Below are positions 37,139 to 50,223 of a stretch of 64,000 nucleotides of DNA, piece after piece (the stretch's first letter is position 1; each line of letters begins with the position of its first letter). A model generated the notes under the pieces. The model made no database searches, was not told the DNA's origin, and worked only from the letters and a program-made list of their open reading frames with translations. A program made the translations under genes and the position numbers. The DNA comes from an uncultured Pseudomonadota bacterium. GTDB lineage: Bacteria; Myxococcota_A; Polyangia; Fen-1088. Where the stretch lies: positions 64,001 to 128,000 of the forward strand of contig CAWKBC010000032.1 of the NCBI GenBank assembly GCA_963847705.1, given 5' to 3'.

Positions 37139-37744
37139 TCAGTTGTCGTCGTCGTCGTCGTCGTCGTCGGAGGCGGCCGGCTTGTGGTGGCGGACCACCT
37201 GATCGTCGTCGGCGGCGGGCTTGTCGGCCGGCTTCTTGGCGGAGGCCTCATCGGAGGCGGCGGCCGCCTTGTCGTCGCCTGGCTTCTCGGCGCCTGGCTT
37301 GTCGGCGCCCGGCTTGTCGGCGCCCGGTTTGTCATCGGCCGACCTGTCGGCAGCGGCCGCATGGCCGGCCGACGGTGAGCGCGCCAGCTTGATGGCATGG
37401 GGTTGCGGTCGCGGCTTCGGCTCCGCGGCGGGGATCAACGGAGCGGCTGGAGGCGGCACCAGCTGTTCGATCTGAGGCCGGGGACGCGACGCCGCTGTGG
37501 GCCCTGCGGCCGGCAGGGGCGCCGTCGGGGCGGCAGCGGCGGTGGCCGGTCCGACCGCGCCCCCCTCGAGAAGGCCGTTCCTGGCGACGACAATCAGAAC
37601 GCCGAAGCCGACGCCGAGGACGCTCAGACAACCGAGCATCCCCCAGAACCATCCGGGGAGCGCGCTCTTGTGCATCACGACGCGCGCCGTGTTTTCACCG
37701 GCATTCGCCCGAACACCGGCCGGCGCAGAGTGCCGATTGGCCAT
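37139..37744 (-). CDS. Membrane-anchored Pro/Ala/Asp-rich hypothetical protein
   Basis: TM WFWGMLGCLSVLGVGFGVLIVVA; GADKP pentapeptide repeats; poly-Asp C-terminus. Confidence 0.6.
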   Translation of the reverse strand: MANRHSAPAGVRANAGENTARVVMHKSALPGWFWGMLGCLSVLGVGFGVLIVVARNGLLEGGAVGPATAAAAPTAPLPAAGPTAASRPRPQIEQLVPPPAAPLIPAAEPKPRPQPHAIKLARSPSAGHAAAADRSADDKPGADKPGADKPGAEKPGDDKAAAASDEASAKKPADKPAADDDQVVRHHKPAASDDDDDDDDN

Positions 37745-37783
37745 AGCGGGCGGAGATTACCATAGCGGCGCCGAGGCCCGGGC

Positions 37784-38437
37784 TCACTTGCCGAGCTTGC
37801 GCTTCAGCTCGGCCAGCGCGTCGTCGGCGGCGCTGTCGCTGGCCATCTTGTCGAGGCGTCGCTCGGCGGCGAGGCCGGCGGTCGTTCTCCCGCCCAGCTC
37901 GTCGTCGAGCCCCGCCTCGGCCTCGGTGGCGTCGATGCGGCTCGACATCCGCTCGAACTCACCGAACGCGGAGGTCTTGGCGGTCATCGTCCCGTCGCGG
38001 TTCGAGCGCGCCTTGGCCTTCAAGGTCCCCTGCCGCATCTTGACGTCCTTGAGCCGCGCCTCGAGCGCCTTCAGCGCCGCGGTCAGCTGGTCGCCGTAGA
38101 CCCCCTGCTCCTGCAAGGCCTTCTTGGTGTCGTCGCGCTCGGTCTCCTTCTCGCCCTTGCGGACGAGCGCCTCCTTGGCGAGGCCGTCGTCGCCGGCGCG
38201 GATCGCCAGCTCGGCCTTCTTCTGCCAGTCGGCGATCTCCCCCTCGATGGCCTTCTGTCGCCGCTCGAGCAGCCGCTCGTCGGCGATGCAGCGCGCGACC
38301 TCGGCCCGCGCCTGACGCGCGTAGTCCTCCATGTCGCGGACCATCTGATCGATCCCCTTGCCTGGATCCTGCATGGAGTCGATCGCGTCGTTGACGTTGG
38401 ACTTGATCAGAGTCGAGAGCCTGCCGAGGATGCCCAT
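37784..38437 (-). CDS. pspA: PspA/IM30 family protein
   Basis: MGILGRLSTLIKSNVNDAID..QDP; W..KAELA...G.D.LAKEAL; FERM; ELKRKLG. Confidence 0.9.
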   Translation of the reverse strand: MGILGRLSTLIKSNVNDAIDSMQDPGKGIDQMVRDMEDYARQARAEVARCIADERLLERRQKAIEGEIADWQKKAELAIRAGDDGLAKEALVRKGEKETERDDTKKALQEQGVYGDQLTAALKALEARLKDVKMRQGTLKAKARSNRDGTMTAKTSAFGEFERMSSRIDATEAEAGLDDELGGRTTAGLAAERRLDKMASDSAADDALAELKRKLGK

Positions 38438-38475
38438 CGCGCATCAAGGTTAGCGTCACCGCCAGGACATGTCGA

Positions 38476-38523
38476 CCTGCCGCCCTGGCGACCACACGGC
38501 CTGCCGGCCTGGCGACCATGCGG
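38476..38523. repeat. Imperfect 24-bp direct tandem repeat (2 copies) in the pspA/holB divergent region
   Basis: CCTGCCGCCCTGGCGACCACACGG / CCTGCCGGCCTGGCGACCATGCGG. Confidence 0.6.
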
Positions 38524-38587
38524 CCCAGCCGCGACCGCGTGGCCATCACGGCCCGATGCCCCCAATCCCATGTGTTAGGTTTCGCCG

Positions 38588-39664
38588 GTGCGACTCGCAG
38601 ACCTCATCGGCCAGGATCTGGCGCGGGCTGCGCTCGAGCGTGCGATCGCCGGCGGGCGCGTCGCGCACGCCTACGTGTTCGAGGGTCCCGCCGGCGTCGG
38701 CAAGCGGAGCGCCGCGCTCGGGCTGGCGATGGCGCTCGACTGTCCGGTCGCGCCCGGCGCCGGCTGCGGCGCTTGCGAGATCTGCCGCCGCATCGAGGCG
38801 GGCCTCCACCCCGACGTGCCGAGCTTCGGTCCGTCCGGTCCCGGGGGCCAGATCGTCATCGACGACATCCGCGCCATCTTGGCCCTGACCCGCACCCGGC
38901 CCCACGAGGCGCGGGCGCGGGTGATCGTGGTCGACGACGCGGACGCGATGAATCCGAGCTCGGCCAACGGCCTCCTCAAGACGCTGGAGGAGCCGCTGGC
39001 CGGCAACCACCTGGTCCTCTGCACGGGCGCGCCCGATCGGCTGCTGCCGACGGTCCGCTCGCGCGCGCAGCGCATCCGATTCCGCGCGCTCAGCCCGGCC
39101 GCGCTGGCCGAGATCGCGCGGGCGCGCGGCCTCCCCGAGGCACGCGCCGAGATCGCGGTCGCCCTGGCCGACGGCTCGGCGGCGCGGATGCTGGAAGCGG
39201 CCGGGGCCAGGACCGGCAACGGAGAGGGAAGCGGAGAGGACGACGCGGCCGACGGCGACGGCGAGAGCGGCCTCGGACAGGCGCTCGGCGCGCTCCGGCG
39301 TGCGGTCTCGACGCCAGGCGCCGGCCAGCTGTTCGATGCCGTCCAGGCGCTCACGGCCGAAAAAGAGAGCAAGGCGGATCTCCCCCGTCTGGTGGCGCTG
39401 CTCGGGGGCCTTTATCGCGACGCGATGGCGGTGGCGGCGGGGGCCCCCGAGCTGGCGACGCTGGCGCGCGTCGGGGATCCGCAAGCGCTCGCCGCGCTGG
39501 GCCTCGACCGCCTCGGCCGGGCCGTCACGGCCATCGTCGACGTGCAGCTGGCGCTGCAGGTCAACGTCAATCCGACCCTGGCGCTCGAACGGTTGCTGAT
39601 CGCGCTCAAGCGGCAAGAACGACAGCCGGAACGGCCACGAGAACGACAGGAGCCACGCGCGTGA
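38588..39664 (+). CDS. holB: DNA polymerase III subunit delta'
   Basis: HAYVFEGPAGVGK, CGACEICRRI..GLHPD, ANGLLKTLEEP, LLPTVRSR. Confidence 0.92.
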   Translation: MRLADLIGQDLARAALERAIAGGRVAHAYVFEGPAGVGKRSAALGLAMALDCPVAPGAGCGACEICRRIEAGLHPDVPSFGPSGPGGQIVIDDIRAILALTRTRPHEARARVIVVDDADAMNPSSANGLLKTLEEPLAGNHLVLCTGAPDRLLPTVRSRAQRIRFRALSPAALAEIARARGLPEARAEIAVALADGSAARMLEAAGARTGNGEGSGEDDAADGDGESGLGQALGALRRAVSTPGAGQLFDAVQALTAEKESKADLPRLVALLGGLYRDAMAVAAGAPELATLARVGDPQALAALGLDRLGRAVTAIVDVQLALQVNVNPTLALERLLIALKRQERQPERPRERQEPRA

Positions 39665-40530
39665 GCGACCCAGGCGCCCGGATGATCAACATCGCCGGCG
39701 TGAAGCTGGATCCCCGCGGCCGCGTGCTGGCCTGCGACGCCGGCGGCCTGGTGCTGCGCCACGGCGAGCAGGTCGTGGTCGACGACGGGCGGGAGACTGA
39801 CGTGGGGACGGTGGCGGTGGCCTCCGCACAGCGTCCCGAGGCCCCTGGGACGACAAAGGCGGCGACGGCGGCAACGCTGCCGCGCATCCTGCGTCGCGCC
39901 GAGCCGGACGATCTCGCTCGGGTGCGCGCCGCGGTCGAGCGGGCGGCCGAGGCGCGGGCCTTCGCGCGCGAGCGCGCCGCCGCCCAGCAGCTGGGGATCA
40001 AGATCTTCCGCGTCGACTTCCAGCGGGGCGGACGCGCGATCTTCTATTTCGCCTCCGAAGCGCGCGTCGACTTCCGGGACCTGGTGCGCGATCTGGCCGC
40101 CCGCTATCACACCCGCATCGAGCTGCGGCAGGTCGGCGTGCGCGACGAGGCCAAGATGGTGGGCGGCATCGGGTCGTGCGGCCGCGAGCTCTGCTGCACG
40201 ACCTTCCTGCCGAAGTTCGCCCCGGTGTCGATCAAGATGGCCAAGCACCAGAACCTGGCGATGGCGCCCACCAAGGTGTCCGGGCAATGCGGCCGTCTCA
40301 AGTGCTGCCTGGTCTACGAGGACGCGACCTACGTGGAGGCGGCCGCCGCGCTCCCCAAGATCGGCAAGCGTGTGGCAACCCCCGACGGTGTCGGTCGCGT
40401 CGGCGACCTCGACGTGCTGCGCGGCCGGGTGCGCGTCTACTTCGACGGCCAGCCCCCCAAGACCTTCACCGCCGACGACCTGCAGCCCGCGCCCCCACCC
40501 CCTGCCCCACCACGAAGCCCCGAGCGATAG
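39661..40530 (+). CDS. ricT: RicT/YaaT (PSP1 domain) Fe-S regulatory protein
   Basis: GTGA overlap with holB; RVDFRDLVRDLA, IELRQVGVRDEAK..GGIGSCGRELCC, KVSGQCGRLKCCL. Confidence 0.9.
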   Translation: MSDPGARMINIAGVKLDPRGRVLACDAGGLVLRHGEQVVVDDGRETDVGTVAVASAQRPEAPGTTKAATAATLPRILRRAEPDDLARVRAAVERAAEARAFARERAAAQQLGIKIFRVDFQRGGRAIFYFASEARVDFRDLVRDLAARYHTRIELRQVGVRDEAKMVGGIGSCGRELCCTTFLPKFAPVSIKMAKHQNLAMAPTKVSGQCGRLKCCLVYEDATYVEAAAALPKIGKRVATPDGVGRVGDLDVLRGRVRVYFDGQPPKTFTADDLQPAPPPPAPPRSPER

Positions 40531-40534
40531 GATC

Positions 40535-42496
40535 ATGTCCCGCTTCTACGTCACGACCCCGATCTACTACGTCAACGCCCTCCCCCACCTCGGCACGTTC
40601 TACACGACCGTCGTCGCCGACGCGCTGGCCCGCTACCACCGCGCGCGCGCCAAGTCCGATGGGATGGATCCCAAGGAGCGGGTGTTCTTCCTGACTGGTC
40701 TCGACGAGCACGGCCAGAAGATCGAACGCATCGCTCGCGAGCGTGGAATGGAACCACAGGCCTACTGCGACGACATCGCCGAGAAGTTTAAGCAGACGTG
40801 GAAGGAGGTGGAGATCTCCAATGACGACTTCATCCGGACCACGGAGCCGCGTCACAAGAAAGCAGTCGGCGAAATGTGGGCGCTGCTGCAGAAGGACATC
40901 TACGAGGCGGAATACGACGGCATGTATTGCGTCGGCTGCGAAGAAGCGAAGAGTGAAGACGATGTGGTCGTCGAAGGTGACCGCAAGCTCTGTCGTATCC
41001 ACCTGACGCCGGTCGAGCGGGTAAAAGAAAAGAACTACTTCTTCGATCTCCCAAGGTACGAAAAAGATCTGCTTCGTTGGTACGAAGGCCACGACACAGG
41101 AGGGCATCCGCCAGTGAAGCCTCTCTCGAGGCTCAACGAAGTACGCGCGTTCGTATCCGGCGGACTGAAGCCGCTCTCGATTTCCCGGGCCGCTGTCAAA
41201 TGGGGAATTCCCGTCCCAACCGACCCGAAGCAGACGATCTACGTCTGGATCGATGCTTTGACGAACTACCTGACAGTCCTCGGCGGCCCGGAAGCCGTCC
41301 TGCGCGCTGGAGACAAGGGATTTTGGGCTGCCTCACACCACCTGATCGCCAAGGACATCCTTCGCTTTCACGCGGTCTACTGGCCCGCCATGCTCCTGAG
41401 CGCCGGGCTACAGCTGCCAAAACAGATCTTCTGTCACGGCTACCTGACCGTGAAGGGCCAGAAGATCTCCAAGTCGATGCCCGCCACGCGCGTCGACCCG
41501 ACGGCCATCGCGGCGGAGCTGGGCGTCGATCCGCTGCGCTACTTCGTCCTCCGCGAGTACACCCTCGGCGGCGACGGCGACTTCACCTATGAATCTCTGT
41601 TCCAGCGGCACCAGTCGGATCTGGGGAACGACCTCGGCAATCTGCTGAACCGAACGCTGTCGATGGTGCACCGCTACGTGGGCAGCGAGCTCCCGGCGCG
41701 TGCAATTCAGAACACTGGGGCCTCGGAGCTGCTCGAGTTGGCGCAGTCGGCCTGGGAGGCGTTCGATCCCTCCGGCGCGCTCGAGGCGACCTGGCGGCTC
41801 GTGCGCGCGTACAACCAGAAGATCGACGAAGAGAAGCCCTGGGTGCTGCAAAAGGCCGGCGAGCAGGAGCGGTTGCTCGACGTGCTGGCCGGCTGCTGCG
41901 AGGCGCTCCGCTGGGCCGCGCTCATGGTGGCGCCTGCGATGCCCGCGTCCTCGCGCGAGATCCTCCGCCAGCTGGGGCGTTCGGCCGACGAAGGGAGCTG
42001 GCCAGCGACGTTCGGGTGGCCGGGCGGCACGCTCACCGAGCCGAAGCCGGTCTTCCCGCGCATCGAGCCGGAACGCCAGGCGGAGCTGATCGCCAAGTGG
42101 GTGCCGGCCGAGACCGCTCCCGCCGCCGCCCAGGCGACCACCGCCGCGCCTGCGGTCGCCGCACCGCCGGCCGACGTCTCGATCGACGACTTCGCCAAGA
42201 TCGATCTGCGCGCCGCCAAGGTCCTCACGGCCGAACGGGTGCCCAAGGCCGACAAGCTGCTCAAGCTGACCCTCGACATCGGCGCCGGTGAGACCCGCAC
42301 CGTCGTCTCGGGGATCGCGCCCGCCTACACGCCGGAAACAATGGTCGGCCGGACGGTCATCTACCTGTCGAACCTGGCACCCCGCAAGATCCGCGGCGTG
42401 CTCTCGCAGGGGATGATCCTGGCCGCTGGCGACGCTGACGTGCTCGGCCTCTCCGCCCTCGACCGCGAGGTCCCGCCCGGCACCCGAATCCGCTGA
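40535..42496 (+). CDS. metG: Methionine--tRNA ligase with C-terminal OB-fold
   Basis: YVTTPIYYVN..PHLG, GLDEHGQKI, YVWIDAL, KISKS; C-terminal IDDFAKIDLR..ADKLL..SQGMIL. Confidence 0.96.
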   Translation: MSRFYVTTPIYYVNALPHLGTFYTTVVADALARYHRARAKSDGMDPKERVFFLTGLDEHGQKIERIARERGMEPQAYCDDIAEKFKQTWKEVEISNDDFIRTTEPRHKKAVGEMWALLQKDIYEAEYDGMYCVGCEEAKSEDDVVVEGDRKLCRIHLTPVERVKEKNYFFDLPRYEKDLLRWYEGHDTGGHPPVKPLSRLNEVRAFVSGGLKPLSISRAAVKWGIPVPTDPKQTIYVWIDALTNYLTVLGGPEAVLRAGDKGFWAASHHLIAKDILRFHAVYWPAMLLSAGLQLPKQIFCHGYLTVKGQKISKSMPATRVDPTAIAAELGVDPLRYFVLREYTLGGDGDFTYESLFQRHQSDLGNDLGNLLNRTLSMVHRYVGSELPARAIQNTGASELLELAQSAWEAFDPSGALEATWRLVRAYNQKIDEEKPWVLQKAGEQERLLDVLAGCCEALRWAALMVAPAMPASSREILRQLGRSADEGSWPATFGWPGGTLTEPKPVFPRIEPERQAELIAKWVPAETAPAAAQATTAAPAVAAPPADVSIDDFAKIDLRAAKVLTAERVPKADKLLKLTLDIGAGETRTVVSGIAPAYTPETMVGRTVIYLSNLAPRKIRGVLSQGMILAAGDADVLGLSALDREVPPGTRIR

Positions 42497-42558
42497 CCGG
42501 CGGGTGCTATCCTCCGGCGCTGGGCAACCAGGCGGGCGAGCGGGCCGATGAGGCTCGC

Positions 42559-42987
42559 ATGGGGAGAGTCATGCAGAAGATCACACTCACCAACAGCTAC
42601 GACGAAGAGGACGTCACCCGTGGTCACCGGAAGGCCGCTGACATCCGCAGCACCGAGATCGAGGCGCTGGTCGACACCGGCGCCACGATGATGGTGCTGC
42701 CCGCTGACGCCGTTTCGCGGCTGGGGCTGCTGCCGGCCGGCTATCGCAAGGTCCGGTACGCCGATGGGCGCATCGCCGAGGTCCCCTGGGTCAGCGGTAT
42801 CCGAATCACCATCCTGGGTCGCGAGACCGTCATCAACGCCCTCGTCGAAGCGGCCGGGACGACGCCGCTCATCGGGCAGATTCCGCTCGAGGAGCTGGAC
42901 CTGCTGGTCGATCCCAAGTCCCGAGAGTTGCGGGTCAACCCCGCCTCGCCGGACGCGCCGCTGCTCGACCTGCTGTCGGCCGCCTGA
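42559..42987 (+). CDS. Clan AA (retropepsin-like) aspartic protease
   Basis: ALVDTGA catalytic motif; ADG flap; [17 protein letters not shown]. Confidence 0.85.
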   Translation: MGRVMQKITLTNSYDEEDVTRGHRKAADIRSTEIEALVDTGATMMVLPADAVSRLGLLPAGYRKVRYADGRIAEVPWVSGIRITILGRETVINALVEAAGTTPLIGQIPLEELDLLVDPKSRELRVNPASPDAPLLDLLSAA

Positions 42988-43100
42988 CCGACCCAAACCC
43001 GGCGCGCCGACCTCCAGCGCCGGAAGGGCGAAAATCGGGCGACTGGAAACACTTTTTCTCTTGCGTTGAGGACCCCCGGTCGAGGCTAATCAGCCTTGTC

Positions 43101-44357
43101 ATGCCCAGCGCAAAACCAGTCATTCCGTCAGGTGCCGATCCCATCACCGTCCACGCCGCCGGGCACCTGGAGGTGCCCGATCACCCGATCATCCCCTTCA
43201 TCGAAGGCGATGGAACCGGGCCAGATATCTGGCGCGCCAGCGTCCGCGTGCTCGACGCGGCGGTCGCCAAGGAGTTCGGCGGCAAAAAGAAGATCGCCTG
43301 GGCGGAGGTCTACGCCGGCGGAAAGTCGAAGGAGCTGTTCGACAGCTGGCTGCCCGACGAGACGCTGGAGGCCTTCAAGACCTACTACGTCGGGATCAAG
43401 GGGCCGCTCACCACGCCGGTCGGCGGCGGCATCCGGTCGCTCAACGTGGCCATCCGGCAGATGCTCGACCTCTACGTCTGCCTGCGCCCGGTCCAGTACT
43501 TCAAGGGCGTCCCCTCGCCGGTGAAGGCGCCCGAGAAGGTCAACATGGTGATCTTCCGCGAGAACACCGAGGACATCTACGCCGGGATCGAGTGGGCGGC
43601 CGAGTCGCCCGAGGCCAAGAAGGTCATCGCCTTCCTGCAGAACGAGATGGGGGTGAAGAAGATCCGTTTCCCCGAGACCTCCGGGATCGGGATCAAGCCG
43701 GTCTCCCGCGAGGGGTCGGAGCGTCTCATCCGCGCCGCCATCGACTACGCCATCCTCCACAAGCGCAAGAGCGTGACCCTGGTCCACAAGGGGAACATCA
43801 TGAAGTTCACCGAGGGGGGCTTCCGCGATTGGGGCTACGCCCTGGTGAAGCGCGAGTACGAGGGGCGCGCCATCGGCTGGGACGACTGCGGCGGCAAGCC
43901 GCCGGCCGGCCAGGTTCTCGTCAAAGACTCCATCGCCGACATCACGCTGCAGCAGGTCCTCACCCGTCCCGACGAGTTCGAGGTGATCGCCACCCTGAAC
44001 CTGAACGGCGACTACCTGTCGGACGCGCTGGCGGCGCAGGTGGGCGGCATCGGCATCGCGCCGGGCGGCAACATCAACTACGTGACCGGCCACGCGGTGT
44101 TCGAGGCGACGCACGGCACGGCGCCCAAGTACGCCAACCTCGACAAGGTGAACCCAGGTTCGGTGATCCTCTCGGGCGTCATGCTGCTCGAGCACCTCGG
44201 CTGGGCTGGCGCCGCCGCGCGCACCATCGCCGCGCTGGAAAAGACCATCGCGCAGAAGACCGTCACCTATGATTTCGCCCGCCTCATGGAGGGAGCCAAG
44301 GAAGTAAGCTGCTCCGCCTTCGGCGACGCCATCATCAAGAACATCGAAAACCCCTGA
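43101..44357 (+). CDS. icd: NADP-dependent isocitrate dehydrogenase
   Basis: [60 protein letters not shown]. Confidence 0.97.
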   Translation: MPSAKPVIPSGADPITVHAAGHLEVPDHPIIPFIEGDGTGPDIWRASVRVLDAAVAKEFGGKKKIAWAEVYAGGKSKELFDSWLPDETLEAFKTYYVGIKGPLTTPVGGGIRSLNVAIRQMLDLYVCLRPVQYFKGVPSPVKAPEKVNMVIFRENTEDIYAGIEWAAESPEAKKVIAFLQNEMGVKKIRFPETSGIGIKPVSREGSERLIRAAIDYAILHKRKSVTLVHKGNIMKFTEGGFRDWGYALVKREYEGRAIGWDDCGGKPPAGQVLVKDSIADITLQQVLTRPDEFEVIATLNLNGDYLSDALAAQVGGIGIAPGGNINYVTGHAVFEATHGTAPKYANLDKVNPGSVILSGVMLLEHLGWAGAAARTIAALEKTIAQKTVTYDFARLMEGAKEVSCSAFGDAIIKNIENP

Positions 44358-44442
44358 GGGTCGCGAATCCTCTCGCGATCCGGGTAAGGCGGGCTAAGCT
44401 CGTCCCGCCTTTTTCGCGAGCCCCATCCAAGGAGTCCCAGAC

Positions 44443-45381
44443 ATGTCCGGTCGGAAGAAGATTGCCCTCATTGGTGCCGGCAACATCGGCGGTGAATTGG
44501 CCTCCCTGGCGGCGCGCGCCGAGCTCGGCGACGTCGTCCTGTTCGACATCCCCGAGAAGGAGGGGGTCGCCAAGGGGAAGGCGCTCGACCTCGAGCAGAA
44601 CAACGCGGTCCTCGGTCACGACGCCAAGATCACCGGCACCTCGAGCTGGGCCGACTGCGCCGGCGCCGACGTCGTCATCATCACGGCCGGCGTGCCGCGC
44701 AAGCCGGGCATGTCGCGCGACGACTTGTTGTCGGTGAACCTGAAGATCATCCGCAACGTGGCGGAGAACCTGAAGCAGCACTGCCCCAACGCCTTCGTGA
44801 TCGTGGTGTCGAACCCGCTCGACGTCATGGTCTACGAGCTCAAGCGCGTCACCGGGTTTTCGGCCAAGAAGGTGGTCGGGATGGCCGGCATCCTCGACTC
44901 CGGCCGGTTTCAGCTCTTCCTGGCCCAGGAGGCCGGCGTCTCCGTCAAGGACGTCCGCGCCATGGTGCTCGGCGGCCACGGCGACACCATGGTGCCGATC
45001 CTCAGCGCCACCACCATCAACGGCATCCCGGTCAAGCAGCTGGTCGCCGCCGACAAGCTGGCCGCCATCGTCGACCGCACCCGCAACGGCGGCGGCGAGA
45101 TCGTCAAGCTGATGGGGACCAGCGCCTTCGCGGCGCCAGCCTCGTCGGCGATCGCCATGGCGACGGCCTACCTGAAGGATCAGAAGCGCCTCCTCGCCTG
45201 CGCGGCCTACCTCGACGGCGAGTACGGGCACAAGGATCTCTACGTGGGCGTCCCCATCGTGATCGGCGCCGGGGGCGTCGAGAAGATCGTCGCGCTCGAC
45301 CTGGCGGCTGACGAAAAAGCCGCGCTCGACAAATCGGCAGCGGCCGTGCGCGAAGTGCTCGAAGCCTCGCGCAAGCTGTAA
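44443..45381 (+). CDS. mdh: Malate dehydrogenase
   Basis: [37 protein letters not shown]. Confidence 0.96.
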   Translation: MSGRKKIALIGAGNIGGELASLAARAELGDVVLFDIPEKEGVAKGKALDLEQNNAVLGHDAKITGTSSWADCAGADVVIITAGVPRKPGMSRDDLLSVNLKIIRNVAENLKQHCPNAFVIVVSNPLDVMVYELKRVTGFSAKKVVGMAGILDSGRFQLFLAQEAGVSVKDVRAMVLGGHGDTMVPILSATTINGIPVKQLVAADKLAAIVDRTRNGGGEIVKLMGTSAFAAPASSAIAMATAYLKDQKRLLACAAYLDGEYGHKDLYVGVPIVIGAGGVEKIVALDLAADEKAALDKSAAAVREVLEASRKL

Positions 45382-45419
45382 TCGCGCAAGCCAGAGTCAA
45401 AGAAAGGCCCAGTGACGCC

Positions 45420-46604
<1,185 letters not shown>

Positions 46605-46606
46605 CC

Positions 46607-47482
46607 ATGTCCGTTCTCGTCGGAAAAGAGACCAAGCTGATCGTCCAGGGGATCACCGGGTCCGCTGGCACCTTCCACGCCAAGCAGATGCGCGAGTACG
46701 GCACCAACGTCGTCGGCGGTGTGACGCCCGGCAAGGGTGGCGTCGTCCACGAAGGGTTCGCCGTGTTCGACACCGTCGAGCAGGCGGTCAAGAAGACCGG
46801 CGCCAACGCCACCGTCATCTACGTCCCACCGCCCGGCGCCGCCGACGCGATCCTCGAGGCGGCGCAGGCCGGCATCGGGGTGATCGTCTGCATCACCGAG
46901 GGGATCCCGACGCTGGACATGGTGCGGGCCAAACGCGCGCTCGACGCCTACGGCTCGAAGGTGACGCTCATCGGCCCCAACTGCCCAGGCATCATCACCC
47001 CGGGCGAGTGCAAGATCGGGATCATGCCGGGCTACATCCACAAGCCGGGCAAGGTGGGCGTGGTGTCGCGCTCAGGGACGCTCACCTACGAAGCGGCGCA
47101 TCAATTAACTGGATTGGGTCTCGGTCAATCCACCGCCATCGGCATCGGCGGCGATCCGGTCAAGGGGATCGACTTCGTCGACTGCCTGGCCATGTTCGAG
47201 CGCGATCCGCAGACCAAGGCCGTGCTGATGATCGGCGAGATCGGCGGGACGTCCGAAGAAGAGGCCGCCCAGTTCGTGAAGGACCACATGAAGAAGCCGG
47301 TCGCCGCCTTCATCGCCGGTCAGACCGCACCGCCCGGCAAGCGGATGGGTCACGCGGGCGCCATCATCAGCGGCGGCAAGGGGACGGCGGCCGAGAAGAT
47401 CGCCGCCCTTCGCGAGGCCAACATCGCCATCGCCGCCACCCCGGCCGAGCTCGGCAAGACCGTCGCCAAGTTCGTGTCGTAG
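46607..47482 (+). CDS. sucD: Succinyl-CoA synthetase alpha subunit
   Basis: [36 protein letters not shown]. Confidence 0.97.
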   Translation: MSVLVGKETKLIVQGITGSAGTFHAKQMREYGTNVVGGVTPGKGGVVHEGFAVFDTVEQAVKKTGANATVIYVPPPGAADAILEAAQAGIGVIVCITEGIPTLDMVRAKRALDAYGSKVTLIGPNCPGIITPGECKIGIMPGYIHKPGKVGVVSRSGTLTYEAAHQLTGLGLGQSTAIGIGGDPVKGIDFVDCLAMFERDPQTKAVLMIGEIGGTSEEEAAQFVKDHMKKPVAAFIAGQTAPPGKRMGHAGAIISGGKGTAAEKIAALREANIAIAATPAELGKTVAKFVS

Positions 47483-47483
47483 T

Positions 47484-47666
47484 GATGGGTTCGGCCGAGC
47501 AAAGCTCGTCCGCTCCCGACGCGCTCGCTGTGATGGGAACCCTCAAAGGGTTCCCAAACCCTCCCGCGATGGGTTCGGCCGAGCAAAGCTCGTCCGCTCC
47601 CGACGCGCTCGCTGTGATGGGAACCCTCAGAGGGTTCCCAAACCCTCCCGCGCTCCCGACGCGATC
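47484..47666. repeat. Dispersed palindromic repeat, two tandem 84-bp B-A units plus tail
   Basis: GATGGGTTCGGCCGAGCAAAGCTCGTCCGCTCCCGACGCGCTCGCTGTGATGGGAACCCTCAAAGGGTTCCCAAACCCTCCCGC x2 (47484, 47568), ending GACGCGATC; begins 2 nt after the sucD TAG. Confidence 0.92.
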
Positions 47667-47777
47667 GCTGAGAATTCTGAGGGCCGACGCCAATGGCCGA
47701 CGCGTCGGATCAATTCGCTGGATCTCACTGTGACGATCCAGTAGACCCCGGTCGTTCAACCCACCAGAGAAAGACCA

Positions 47778-48197
47778 ATGTCCATCGAACGTACTTTCGG
47801 AATCGTGAAGCCAGACGCTGTCGCCAAGAACGCCATCGGGGGCGTCATCGAGATGGTCGAGAAGACCGGCCTCAAGATCGTCGGCCTGCGCCTGGTGCAC
47901 CTTTCGGACGCGCAGGCCCGCGCCTTCTACGCGGTCCACAAAGAGCGGCCGTTTTTCAACGGGCTGGTCCAGTTCATGACCTCGGGTCCGGCCGTGGTGA
48001 TGGCCATCGAAGGCGAGAACGCCGTCGCCCGCTACCGCGAGGTGATGGGGCCCACTGACTCGAAGAAGGCGCCCGCCGGAACCATCCGGCAGAGGTACGG
48101 GACCGACATCGAGCGGAACGCGGTCCACGGCAGCGACGGGCCCGACACGGCGCGTGGCGAGCTGGCGTTCTTCTTCGCCGGGCTCGACCTCGGCTGA
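47778..48197 (+). CDS. ndk: Nucleoside diphosphate kinase
   Basis: [33 protein letters not shown]. Confidence 0.97.
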   Translation: MSIERTFGIVKPDAVAKNAIGGVIEMVEKTGLKIVGLRLVHLSDAQARAFYAVHKERPFFNGLVQFMTSGPAVVMAIEGENAVARYREVMGPTDSKKAPAGTIRQRYGTDIERNAVHGSDGPDTARGELAFFFAGLDLG

Positions 48198-48334
48198 GAG
48201 CCCCATCGGTGCGGGTGGGGGGCCGGGTTTTGGGGCGCGGCGGGCGCCGAAAACGTTGCGCGATCTGGCGCGCAGCGTTCGCAAGGCGGTATTTATCCTT
48301 ACTTCGATTCGGGATATAGTGGTCGCGCAACACA

Positions 48335-50173
<1,839 letters not shown>

Positions 50174-50223
50174 CTCGCAATATGACTCGCAGCACCATCA
50201 CCGAGAGGAACCGGAAGCGCCCC

